A stretch of 64,000 nucleotides of DNA from Chara braunii (lineage: Eukaryota > Plantae > Charophyceae): contig BFEA01000025.1 in NCBI GenBank assembly GCA_003427395.1, positions 4,823,659 to 4,887,658 on the forward strand. Direction: 5' to 3'. Every line of letters begins with the position of its first letter. Within the stretch, counting starts at the first letter, position 1. The notes under the pieces are model-generated. The model worked only from the letters and a program-made list of their open reading frames with translations. It was not told the origin of the DNA and made no database searches. This document shows positions 51,490 to 64,000 of the stretch, piece after piece. The translations under genes and the position numbers were made by a program.

Positions 51490-52130
51490 TTTCCGAAAGA
51501 TACTTTCGCTAGGGGAAGTGTTGCCCCAATTTTTACAAATCCAAGGAGTTAACCAATTTTTATTTTTATGAAATTCAATGTTTGTCTGAGTTACATATCT
51601 TACATAGTAAAAATTTAGAAAACCTACATTTGTAGAGGAAGTGTTGACAAAAGTTTTGCTAAATCAGAGAGTTAGATAAAATTTAACTTTGTGAAGTCAT
51701 AATTTATCTTAAATGTTTATAAAATTCATATTTAGCTTCATAATTTTTTTATAATAACACTTTCTCTAGGGGGAGTGATGCCGAAATTTCTACAAATCAA
51801 AAAAGTTAGTTGAATTTTGTTTTGGCAGAGTTTGAATTCTGTTGTTGAGTTTGTATTTGGCTTAGTATAAATTTAGGATTTTTTTTTTTTTTAAATAGAG
51901 TGTTGCACAAATTCTTACTAAATCAGAAAGTTAAACAAAATATGACTCTGTAAAGTCAAAGGTTATTAGACTTCACACCTCGTTGAGTATAAATTATGAA
52001 AGAAACTCTATCTATAAGAAGTGTTGCCTAAATTTTTATAGTTTTGAGGGTTATTATAATTTTAGAAGAAAACGTTTTCATGATCTACCCTGTATTGGGG
52101 AGATGCTGCCAAAATTTTTCATGATCTCTT
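51490..52130 (+). repeat. Degenerate ~125-bp tandem repeat, 5-6 units
   Basis: Recurring AGTGTTGCC.AA.TTT.TAC.AATC..A.AGTTA at ~51518, 51640, 51774, 51899, 52020 and 52101. Confidence 0.7.
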
Positions 52131-53879
52131 ATATTATATAGAGTTAACTTGAAGTGGATAAATAATAAACCCCCATATCACATTTTATCATATTTCATCC
52201 AACCTCTCTCAAAACTAAGTTTTTTTAAACTTTAGCTAGGGGAACAAACATGTGTTGTGTTACATATCCTCTTGGTCATTTCGATTTAAGATCCGACTAA
52301 TTTCAACTCGATTCTACGAGGATTATCTTTTGTTATCTTTTGATAATAGGTCGATTTACGATTCAACTTCAACTTGTTATCGCAACTCAACCTCAGGTCT
52401 TAGCCCTTGTGGGTTGAATTACTTCTTTAAAATTTTTATCCAAACTTTTATTAAATGAATATTTAAAAAGGACTGAGCGTTTTTTTTTTTAAAGGGATAT
52501 AAAGGTTGGGGCTTGTATGAATAAGGCAAGAGGTACGAGTGCAGAGAGTGGTTAACGTTAATCCCGTGACGTGCGTGATCTATTGATGTCGAATCTGTTT
52601 GTGATTGCTTATATGTTTCGTGATATGAAGTCAGGATTGACTTGCCTGTGATCATTCTTATATATTTCAAAGGAAGTCACACTGTGATTGTAAGAGTGGT
52701 CGCCTCGCGTCCTGCTTCCACGTTATAATTATATTTTGCATAACCGAGTGGTCTACTTTGACTGTGCATAAGGATTAAAAAAAGAAAGACTTATTTTATT
52801 TTTGTTTTTAAAACATTTATAGTTAGACGTTGATGTTCATGACGATTGTCAAAATCAAACCTCTTGACCTTCCCGAAGACCTCCAAAGATGGAGTCCCGT
52901 CCCAAACGTCAATGGCATCTCTTTGCCACAAAAGGTCGAAGCCCGCCTACCGCTCACTCTCGGAGGGTGCAAAAAATTGTAGGTCTTGCAATCGCATTCA
53001 CGAGCGTCAAGAGATTGACCTCTCAATACGTGTATCAACCGACACTTAAGTGTCGAAGCCGGTCCTCAAAATTATTAAGGTCCTCGTAGTAATGGGTACA
53101 CATGGCTAGTCAATATGACAAGGCCTATGTCGCAGCGATATATATTCAAAGTCTCTCGCGTGATGCCCGTCTACTTTTATTGTCAAGAGGTTATGGGTCA
53201 GATGTGGAAAAAAAACTAGGCACGACTTACATATGAAATCTGGTTTATTTTTATGAAGTGTATCGTTGGTTAGATGAACCGCCCTCGTTGATCGGCGCGA
53301 GCCGTGCTTGGGAGATCAGCCCCCAGAGCGTCGGGTCGCGCACTTGTTTGATCAAGGCGTTCGACCGCAAGTACCCCCTATGTTCAACGAATAAGAACTC
53401 CCTCGATGAGCCACCTCTGCCATTGCACTTAAAAAACTTTCGCTTATGGTTCGGCCAGACCACCTCTGGATACGCTCACCTAAGGGATGGTGACAGTTCC
53501 CAAGGGTGGAGGTAAGTTGTGCCTCGCGTGACTCCTATCCTAATGTTGAGGTTCATGAGAGGTACGGTTGACGCACTCGGCTGGAGTTGCGAAAACTCCC
53601 TTGCGAAAAAATTATCCTGCGTGACGCGGCCAAGAGGGTCCCTATGCAGGACTGATGCTCTTGACACCGTGACCCTTAAGTTTGGTAATAGGTTTCTGCA
53701 AATTGAATGATTTGCGCTTGTATCTAATATTTTTTCTAAGTTATTGAAGTGGTTACAAACACACTGCTCATTTGCATTTATAATAAACACATGTGGAAAA
53801 AATACATTCCTTTATTTTTCACACATACATTAAGGAAAAAAACAAAGTAAAAATAGATCATTAAGGTTGTGTTTTCATG

Positions 53880-53917
53880 CTGTCTCTTATACACATCTAG
53901 ATGTGTATAAGAGACAG
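53880..53917. other. Nextera mate-pair junction adapter (assembly artefact)
   Basis: Exact CTGTCTCTTATACACATCT+AGATGTGTATAAGAGACAG (back-to-back Tn5 mosaic ends) between two identical ~220-bp copies. Confidence 0.98.
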
Positions 53918-56319
53918 GAACAGAGGCTCTTGACACCGTGACCCTTAAGTTTGGTAATAGGTTTCTGCAAATTGAATGATTTGCGCTTGTATCTAATATT
54001 TTTTCTAAGTTATTGAAGTGGTTACAAACACACTGCTCATTTGCATTTATAATAAACACATGTGGAAAAAATACATTCCTTTATTTTTCACACATACATT
54101 AAGGAAAAAAACAAAGTAAAAATAGATCATTAAGGTTGTGTTTTCATGCCTCTCGACATACAATATTTAGTATCGCTACGTTTAGTTAAACATTCATATT
54201 TTTTTATTTTTTTTTACCATCATCTAAATATGGTGAACACTATGTAAAAAGATAAAAAAGAAAAGAAAAAATTATCAATGTTTTTCACTTGAAGGATACA
54301 TTTATTGTCCAACAATCAAGTTACCAAATAAAATGAAACAAAATATGTGTCATTAAGGTAAAATGATCTGGTTAACACTAGGATAACTATAACTCAGTGT
54401 GCAATGAATATTTTTTCCAAATTAAGCCGAGAGCAAAAACCTTAACACCTAAATTCACCTTAAGCTAAGTCAAACTTTTACCAATTTACAAGGTAAGGGC
54501 ATTGATCTCAAACCTGGAATGATGGTGAACATAAAATCTCGCTATGAAAAATAAATTTGCAGATGGTTGAACATTGGAAAGTGAATTATTAAACTTAGGT
54601 ATATGTGAATTGGTGATCAAATAAAAAATTAAAGGAAACATTCTAAGAGGCAGGAAAAAACTTGGGTTTATACCTATATGAGCATGTATTTTGGTCATAA
54701 ATTGAAAAACAAATGTTTTACTTTGAGTTGGATGTCATAGAGTTTTTCAATTAATTCCAATTGCTAAACTGACCCAAAGTCTGAGAGTTTATGTGTGAAG
54801 ACCGCATTAATAAATTGACTTTGAGATTCTTTATCAACAAAAATACGAAACCTCTTCTAAAAGAACTTTCTTTTTCATTTGCCTTTGACAACCCGCTGAC
54901 TCCTTGCACCACTGATACATACTCATACAGAACGGAGTATTGCAACGAGATCCTTAAAAATTGCTATCTGTCTGACTCCTCTTAAAAAAATTTGTCCCTC
55001 AGTCAAACCTTTTGGTTTAAGTGGCATAAAAAACTTTCAATTTCATCATACTTGGATTTGGATAAGTCCCTTGGCACTGAAACCCTACAAAAATGAAAGT
55101 TGGTAAACCAAGAAAGTGATAGTACACAGTACATATTATAGACTTACTTTACATGACGATACTCAATGACTAAGAATGTGAAAAGTGAAAAATGAAAAAT
55201 GATTGAGAGTATAAATTGCAGTTTGAGTATAGCCTTCATAGATTGACTAAAGTGGTATGAGACGGTACGGGAACTAGTACCGAGTTGGATAAATATACAA
55301 CCTATGATAATAGGTCGATCACTTGGCTTGACAAACTTAACAGATACATAGCCAAAATCGTACTTAGTAAAAAAACGGTTTAAATTACCCAACTAGACAT
55401 GTATGTCTAGCCATCAAAAAGATAAGTCGTTTGTTCCCACCCCAACCAAATACACGCAAAAATATGTCTTATTATAGAAACTATGTACATTTTTTCTTTA
55501 TTTATTTCATACAATTTCATAGCAGCACCGATTGGTGCTATTATTGATTTGACAACCTTACTATATGCATATGGATGGGATAACCCAACCATACACATTC
55601 AATCAACCCCCGATTAATCATATCTACCTCCTTATTGTTTTTAACCTTAATTGTCAATATACTTGCATACCGTTATGAGGTATGGCCCGATCAAATTATA
55701 TGATCATACCTCAACTAATCGATCACATATGAACGAACCATCCCACTTGTATACTACTTACCAAAGCTCGTAAACTATCACCAACATAAGAAAACATCCT
55801 CTTTCACATAAACTATGGCATACCTTCACATGAACCTAAGTTAATTAATTTACCTTTCAAGGTTCATGTGCCTGCAACTACCCATTTTCAAAATGGATTG
55901 CTGCTCGAAAATGGCTCACGCCCAAAACGTTTTTACAACTTTTGTCAGTAAGAGCACTACTCGTATTTATGTGAACTGATGATTTAATACAAATCTCGTA
56001 GAAAATAGCATACCCTGGGCCCACCTCCCAACAACATGGGCTCAACCAGAGTATGCATAGGCCGTATTTCCCGGACACACCTGATTGACCTCGTGCTTGC
56101 AACTTATGAATGTGTAATTTTTCCAACCTTATGAATGAATGTGTCATGATATGAAAAACACAAATAGCCATAAATAAAGTTTTCATAGTATGTTTGGTGG
56201 AAAAAGCAGGGCTTGGAAAAAAAAGCAAGGCGAATTGGCTATACCTAGACATAATGTAGTAGAAAGCAGTGGGGCACATAAAATGTAATGCCATTGAATC
56301 AATAGAATACACACTCACA

Positions 56320-56357
<38 letters not shown>

Positions 56358-58987
56358 CATACAAACCTATGATGATAGTAAACATTGTACTCATGCAAGA
56401 AACTATCGCATGTCATGTCCAACTTGCTTATAGGGGTTAGAAACCTTGAACGACAATGTTTATTTGATCGCAGTCGCCATGCGCTTGTGTTCATAGCATG
56501 TGAGAGTCACAATACCTGTGACATCAACACAAATTATGCATAGTGACTGTAATGGTGATATTTTGATGTGGTGCCTGTACATACCACACCCAAAAATTAC
56601 AAGGAAGGGTGCAACATAATGTAGGACCCTTTAGTTTTTAGGGTGACATTTTCATGTTTTCTTTCAAGTTTCTAGGCTTCTTGTTCTATAGACAATAACA
56701 TAAATTCATATATTATATTTTCTCCCATATCCTCAATTAAGTTTCAAAGGACCAAAAAAAAAAAGCGGAATGGCGATGGATAAAAGACACATTGGGTCAC
56801 TTTTGTTCATGCTTAATGTAGATGATTGGACGACTTAGGCGTTGAATGTCAACCACAGTTTTCTTAAAATTCAGCTCATGACATCCTTTTTTTTATAAAG
56901 TTGACATGTCCACTTTGTATTCTCTATCTTGTGTCGTACTCCGTTTAATTTCCTTGTTTTGTCTTAAGTTCGGTGTAATAGTTTTTTAAATGGTTGTGTC
57001 TCTCATTTTTGCCCATACATATTGACATAATTGATGCATACTCATCTGAGGATGAATGATGCACATGTCCGAAGGAGCACGAATATGAGGAATAGGAATT
57101 ATGGCAAACAATTCAATTAACAACTAAGCAATGAGCATCCATAGTAGAACAATATGATGCAACGTAGCACAACAAAGACTAAAAGATATAACTTGACGTG
57201 ACAGATTCAGACTCAACCCACACAAATATCATAACATATATCGAGTTAACAAGGAGATGAATTGCGGTGAGAAGACAAAGGAGGAGGAAGGGGAAAAAAA
57301 CAAGAAAGTAACTCGAAGGCACAAAAAATAGTATCCTCGTCCAATATTCAATAGTCGTCTCTTTAAGATGCTTGAAAATCTCCCTCTCTTTTTATCTTTA
57401 CGAAATAAGAATAAGAATAAAAATAAAAATAAAAATAAAAAAATGAAAAAAAAACAAAATAGTGGTTACAAAGGGTCGGAGGAAAATAAGGGAACAAAAA
57501 AGGAATAAGAAGAATGCTCTCTCTCTCTCGCCAAATGTTAATGATGCTCTCAAGTACTAATTAACGAAGATGGTGGCCTCTGATACAGGTCGCTAAAGCG
57601 ACATCTAAGTTATGATGCCCAAGTAAGTTTTCACTCCAGCTATAACTCGCTAGGCTCCACACTCTCCTACCTCATACTCCTCTTATTGTTACTCTAGCTC
57701 CACTTGAGCCAAACTATAGTTTCTCTCCAACAACACGTCGCTCAAGTGTGCTCCAACAAACTGAAACTCGAATGTTGAGGACTGGCCCAACTATATACTG
57801 TCGGGTCTGACTGGGTGTCATAGAGTCGACAATCAGGACCATCCGAGCTAGTGTCCGATTGATGGTCTTGATCACAGACCCAAGTCCTGGTCCTACAATC
57901 CTGGGCTAGAACGAGCTGCGTGAGTCTTTGTCGGATAGCTTGGTCCTCCTGCTACTGCTGCGGGAACCTGAGGACTGGATCAGGCACAAATAGGCAACTG
58001 CCTGGTCCAATCCTAGTTAGGGACGAACGTGAACTTGACCTGCCTTTGCGTGAATCAATATTCTCTGGTCAGGATAAAGTGAAAACTCTGAACAACACAT
58101 CTTAAACAAACAATAATAGAACAAAAAAAAACTCAGACCCAACTATGAATGGAAAGGCGGTTCAACATTTTTTTCCCTCGCCTTGTGTCACAGGTTTTTA
58201 TAATTCACCCTCTCTGGGTTGGGGTTGGGGTTTGTGGTTTGATTGGGTCTTTCGTTGGTTTAGAGTAAGTTGGTTGGCACCTAGATTGGGGGAAAGTATG
58301 GGATTGGACGAAAGCAAGTTTTGTACCCGACGAACCTCTGAGAAAAAAATGAGTGAGGGGACGTCAGACCCAGTTTCGAGTTTGGAGCCAAATCTGGGTA
58401 ACGGCCCAAGTCTCCAGGTAGAATCGTGAGGTCCCGATCTCAACTCGTGTTTTTGAAAATATAATGGTCATGATTTCAAAAAAAAAAAAAAAACTCAGAT
58501 CCAAATCAAATCAGCAAAAACATAAATAAATAAACTAACAAATGTTGAATAAAAAAAGCCAAAAAAATGTGAAGTTGGGTGTATAGGTGGTTGTGGTCTA
58601 CCAAGTAATTTAACCACATGGGCTGTGTGGCTTGGGGGCTAAAGAAAAAGATGTCGGGTCCGAGCTACATAGGATGCTACGTAATTTTCACACCCGAACC
58701 AGTCTGTCAGGTTTGCTCTTCATTACAGTTTTTTCATCAACCCTTCCCCTGACTAGCCATTTGTGTCAATCTTTAGTAATCTCCTATGCTAGTAAACATT
58801 AAAAACCCAATTCGGTTTCTCCTTATACTGCTTTGCTCCTCCCTCCGCTCTCCTCCTCCTCTCCCCCCTCCTCTTACCCCCTCCTCCTCTTCCCCTCTCC
58901 TTCCCTTCACTACTCATACCTTCGTCCATGCCCGTATGAGGAGAGAAGGTTAACAACAGTCGTATTTTTCATCACCACTCCAGGAGT

Positions 58988-59370
58988 CCCTTCACCACTT
59001 CAAGATGCAGCCAGCGTGCCTAAACAGGTGGTTTTCAGGGTCTTCGGAGCTTTCACCACTTCAGGACCATTCAGGATTGAAAATCCTGAATGGTCCTGAA
59101 GTGGTGAAAGTTCCGAAGACCCTGAAAACCACCTGTTTAGGCAGGCTGCATCCTGAAGTGGTGAAGGGTGGTTTTCATGGTCTTCAGACCTTTCACCACT
59201 TCAGGACAATTCAGGATTTTCAGACTGCCCAAAACTCTCACTTGACCACTTCAGAACACCCTTCACCACTTCACGATGCAACCTGCCTAAACAGGTGTTT
59301 TTCAGGGTCTTCGGACCTTTCACCACTTCAGGACTATTTAGGATTTTCAGACTGCCCAAAACTCTCACTT
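58988..59370. repeat. ~180-bp near-perfect palindrome (58988-59168) within a short tandem repeat
   Basis: ~90-bp arms around a 3-nt loop at 59079-59081. Further direct units follow to ~59370. Confidence 0.9.
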
Positions 59371-60519
59371 CAAATTTTTCATTCGTGAATTTTCAGCTAC
59401 CCGATAACCGCTTGTGCGTATGAGTAACTTCCAAATGCACAAGAATAAATACCACTTGGAGAAGAGATAAAATATATGAATTGCTAAAAAGCATGTAAAA
59501 TTTGTGGACCCTTTTTTCTGGTGTCAATTCTCACATTATTAAACCTTGGCCTAAACTATCCCCTTTAGCCCTAAGCAGACCCTTTTTCAAATTTCAATGG
59601 TAGATAGTTTGTTGCTTGTCCTTATTACCATTCACTGTATCAGTTTCACGATATATTTGCTCTCGAGGTCCATAAAGAACAGCCTGAGAGTTCACTTTCC
59701 CACATGGCATTTTTATGCACGTGAACCTCACTGCCCAATTTGCCCCATGTCATATAAGGGATGATGAGTTCCACAAGTGGTGTTATGGTTCCTTCCAAAA
59801 CAATCTTGACTAGTAAAGGAGACGTAACACCAAAAGAAACTTGCAAGAGTTATACGTAGACCAGTTGGGAAAAACAGTCACCATAACACCTACTTTCAAC
59901 CAGACATAAAACCACCATTATTTAGCCCAGCTAGGCTGTTTGCACCCTCCGGTAAACCTAGGTGGCAAAAGCAATTGAGTTGCCCAACTCAATTGATAGG
60001 GTAGGCCTACCTGAGTTCGAAAGTCCGAGGAAGAGGGCAAAAGCAATTCAGTTGCCCAATTTTCGTTGAATAATTGGATTAGAAAAACATAAGGGACATA
60101 GTGTTACCATTTATGGGGAGAAAACATGTTTGGCCCCTTATAAAATTATCGTGCAAATGTGATATATATTGTTATGTTGGTGTCATTGTCAGGCCTGACC
60201 TTAACTACTGTTTGATGGTCCGGGTGCAGACAAAATTTCAGATAGGGAAAAAAAGGCACAAAAATAGTAGTCATCACTCCTAACTTGGTTGAGATTAACC
60301 TGACTCGAACGTAAACCAAAGCTTCAAAAAACCATCCATCCTAGATGTGGTGATATCTTGCTTCCACTTTTGCCCCATTCCACACTCCCCCCTCACTTCC
60401 CTTTCTCCCACCCCCTCTTCCTCTCTCTCTCCCCCCCCTTCATTTTAAGGAACATGTGACATTATGGCCGCTTGATTTTTTTGTGTTGCTCGACATCAAA
60501 AACTCGCATTTTGCAAGTC

Positions 60520-62200
60520 AGCGAAACGGCCACAGAAAAGTCTACTCAGACACTAAATGCTCTTCATCCGAAGTTTGTGGCCCTGCAAACACAGGTTATG
60601 GTCACAACAAATATCAAACCGACGATTTTCACACGAAAACAGGGTTTCTGCAATGTGCCTTTAGCTACTCTGGCCTAGAGCCAGAGCTATTTGGCTATTT
60701 CACATGTTTGGTCTGTGGGACCAGGCCGTGGTCTGACCCCACAGGCCGTGTGCTCATTCACTCCAATCCAGTCCTTCTCAGTACCACCATTGGTACCAAG
60801 CCAGGCCAGTCCAGTCCAGTCTAGTTAGTCTGTCAGTGGTATACCCCAACTGCAGTATGTTTTCGATTCATTCTTAATCCGCACAGGTTAGAGTATGTGT
60901 GTGTTGAGTCTGCGTGGGAGTTGCGCTGTCACTCCCAGCTCCATCGCCATCGTCATCTCCCTCATACTCATCCCTTTCTGTCTTGATCATGATGGACCGC
61001 CATCCCGGTGAGTCAGTCACACAGGTATCAGAGCAAGAATGTTCCCCGCTCCTACCCATCCCTCTTTATACAACACCAAATCTCGACAGCGGGAATTTTC
61101 AGTGTTTTTATGCCCGCAGACGAACGAAAAAAAAAAAAACAACAGCGAAGGAGCAGCATCAAGGAATAGCGGCACGTGGAAGAAAAAGAAGGGGTGCCGT
61201 CACAATGCATGCGAGCGAGCGCCAAGGCCAAGTCCACCACACTTGCCCACGCTACCCCGCCCCACCCCAAGGTTAGAACTTGGGCAGCTGTGTATAGCCA
61301 GTGCTCTAACACAATGACCAAAGCTAGAGTATGAATAGATAGTGTGGCACGTTGGTGTTGAAGAGTGTCATGCCAACTATTCACCCCCACTTTCCCCCCC
61401 TCCGTCGATGAGCGGCGAGCGGTGAGCAGCGACCAACACGACAACAGCGGGTGCGATGCTACTTGGGCCCCCACCCCCGTGCCTGCGCATCTAGCCATTT
61501 GCAGTGCCTCGTGGCAACTTGCTTAGGATCTTGAAGACCCCCCTAGCTAGGGGCTGCACTACAGTGGGATCTAGGTGGCTGATCAAAATCTCGACACACC
61601 TAAATCTATTTTTTTTCCTACTACTGTAGCGGCAGTTTGGCAACAGTAAAGAACCCCCTGGCTAGGGGGCTGCACGGCTGTGCAATCAGGGTGGCTGATC
61701 AAGTTCTAGCCAACCATATCACCATTTTTTTGCGGCAGCAACATGCTGTCAGCAACTTGAAGGCCAAAATCCTATAAATATTGGCGTTTGCTTTTGGCAA
61801 ACCATAAGTCCGGTATCACGCCATACTAATATACTCTCTCCCGACTCTTTGTTCTCTCTTCCCTCCACCCTCTAATCATATTTTTTATAACTCTACCACT
61901 AATCCCTCACCCTACTTCACTCTCCTCTCTTATTTTCTTCACTTCTCTGCCCTTCTTCTCACTGCCATTTCATATCCCTCCCTCCCTCTTCCACCATTTT
62001 TTTTCCTCTTACTCTCTCACCCTCCTCTTCCCCCCCCCCCCAACTACAAACCCATCTTCCTCCTCACTCATTTTGTCATCTAGCGAAATGATCACCGAAA
62101 AGTCTACTTAGACACGAAATACCCTTCATCCCAAGTTTGCGGCTCAGCAAACACGAGTCATGCTCACACCAAATCAAACAGACGATTTTCACAATAAAAT
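60520..62200 (+). repeat. Two direct ~120-bp copies (60520-60640 and 62082-62200)
   Basis: GCGAAA..GAAAAGTCTACT.AGACAC.AAAT..CTTCATCC.AAGTTTG.GGC...GACGATTTTCACA is shared. Confidence 0.75.
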
Positions 62201-62899
62201 ATAGTTTTTATCAACTACGTATTAAATCGGCCGTAGGCAGGCTCGTACATAAAGCTTGTCCTCCATATGTGTGGTTTAAACCACTCGTACCTTTTCCCCA
62301 TTGAAAAACAAATATGCGGCTCATTTACGACCACAACTTTCGGGGGTCGGTATACCGGACCAAAATGGTTGGCGGTGTCAACCAAAATGACCCTCGTGGC
62401 GATTTTTTTTTTTTTTTTGCGCAAAGTATTTTCAAGCTCCGCTTCAATAGTTGGCCAAGGTACTAATGGTGTAAGGTTATATATTGTCGCTCATACATAT
62501 CAACTCACTCTACACCTCATTCCACCCACCCACCAGCTTGGTGGTGCAATTATGAACGCTTAGTTTCACAATATAGTCCTGATATGTGTGGCTTTCTGCT
62601 TCTTCCTTTGCTTTGATGTCCTATTTGTCCACATTAACATCCTTATTCGCCTTCCTGCTTTTTTAGTTGGTCAGTTCTAAGTGTTATTTCTGGTAGTTTG
62701 GAATACGTATGGTTGTCCACCATCTTGCAATACTTGAGTATAGGCAATACCAAGAAGTCTTTTTTTTTTTTTTTTTTTTTTTTTAAACAGTTTTGTTTCC
62801 AGCATGAAAACACTGGTGGTTGCTTCATTGAACTAGACATCGCATGACGCCCTTTTTTGTGATATGAGTTACTTCAGTAGGAAAATAGTTTAGCTACTA

Positions 62900-63460
62900 C
62901 TGGGTTTAAACCTTCATATAGAACTAGTTTCTCGGAGCGGTTGACTTTCAATACTAGTGTTGTGAAGTTTGGATAATTGGGTTTAGATGCTCCCCTAATG
63001 CTTGTGTCTTGATTGTGGTGTGTTTTTTTTTTCCATAATATTTTGCATGTATTATTTATGACAGTTTGAATCATAAATAACCTTAAACTTGGATTCGTGA
63101 TGCTATCTTACTTTTCACCAACAAGCTTGTCAACTTAATTAGTTGCAAAAATAATATTCTTGAATAGTTGCAAAAACAATGTTCTTGAACAGCTGCCAAA
63201 GCAATGTTATCGAACTTGCTCCATTGTCTAATGCCGAGAGCCTAAACTGTTGCTACTTTTGCATTTCTTCGCAAAACAAGTCTGCATCAAATAACTCCAA
63301 CGGTAAGCCGCTTCTCATAAGACAAAACAATTGATACACAACCGATAAACCAAACCCATTTGTGGTAAAATAAAACATTAATTTTTTAGAATATATGTTT
63401 TTAAAAAACAAGCTCTCATCTGTGTGGGGAGTAACACGTGTTGGGAAATGGACCCAGCGT
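62900..63460 (-). pseudogene. Possible highly decayed DDE transposase fragment
   Basis: Short motifs HTDESLFF, LDNGASS and YPNFTT in the order expected for Tc1/pogo-like DDE domains. Many stops. Weak support. Confidence 0.2.
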
Positions 63461-64000
63461 CCCTTATAGGAATACATAAGAACTTGTATAATTTTGATGA
63501 TAATGATAATAATACTAATGATGATTATTTGACATATTTTAAAAAATTTGAAGTCATTACCCATCTTCCAAAAATGAATTAATGAGAAAAAATATGGACC
63601 AAGACCAAACCCTTACCGCTACCAAAGCATTCATTTCAAATGTAGTTATCACTAATCCAAGAGCAACTATAGTTGTTATGTTCAAACTCCCGTAACTAAA
63701 CCCGGCCGCATGTCCTCCTCATGCTACCATCGTTGACCTAGGAAAAAACAATTGTTGGTCATTGACTTGTATTCCACCCTTGAGAAGTACCCAGCCAATC
63801 ACGATCCATAAACATTACAACTACTTTTGAAATCAGATCGCCTCCACCACACACAAAAACGTAATTCCAATATCATATCAATTTGGAATAGTCCTAAATG
63901 AATAAGACTAAGACCGATCATGTATGTAAAAAATTTGAAACTGTATCTTAACCCAAATTGCAATTATAACTCATTTTTGTGACTCCCACGTAGTTTCCCC

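Noticed and set aside
53880-53917. Tn5/IS50 ends as a horizontal transfer
   Set aside because: Exact synthetic mosaic-end adapter arrangement.

Overview
Repeat-rich eukaryotic draft-assembly window with five N-gaps and one sequencing-adapter artefact. Gene and repeat content point to a green plant/streptophyte alga (Chara-like; inference). The only intact host gene is an intronless eIF5 CDS (28780-30237, +). Upstream lie a TATA box, a probable 5'UTR intron and a 114-codon uORF starting at a very weak TTT-ATG-T codon, the architecture known for eIF5 autoregulation. Two decayed Penelope-like (PLE) reverse transcriptase elements (~930-3900 on -, 43508-45420 on +) each carry a minimal type I hammerhead ribozyme about 0.55-0.65 kb downstream of the RT stop. 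The first copy is preceded on the same strand by a broken PIF1-family helicase. Other repeats are an ~8.2 kb (AGAGT)n-derived satellite, two 105-bp TA-flanked MITEs, tRNA-derived elements, and several tandem and dispersed repeats. Two of the tRNA-like elements are followed at conserved spacing by U6 snRNA remnants. The least explained structure is an interspaced array of about 11 hairpins (49704-51235) with a conserved 20-nt apex (CATT-GTTTCTAAGATG-AATG), copy-specific but complementary outer stems, and unique spacers.
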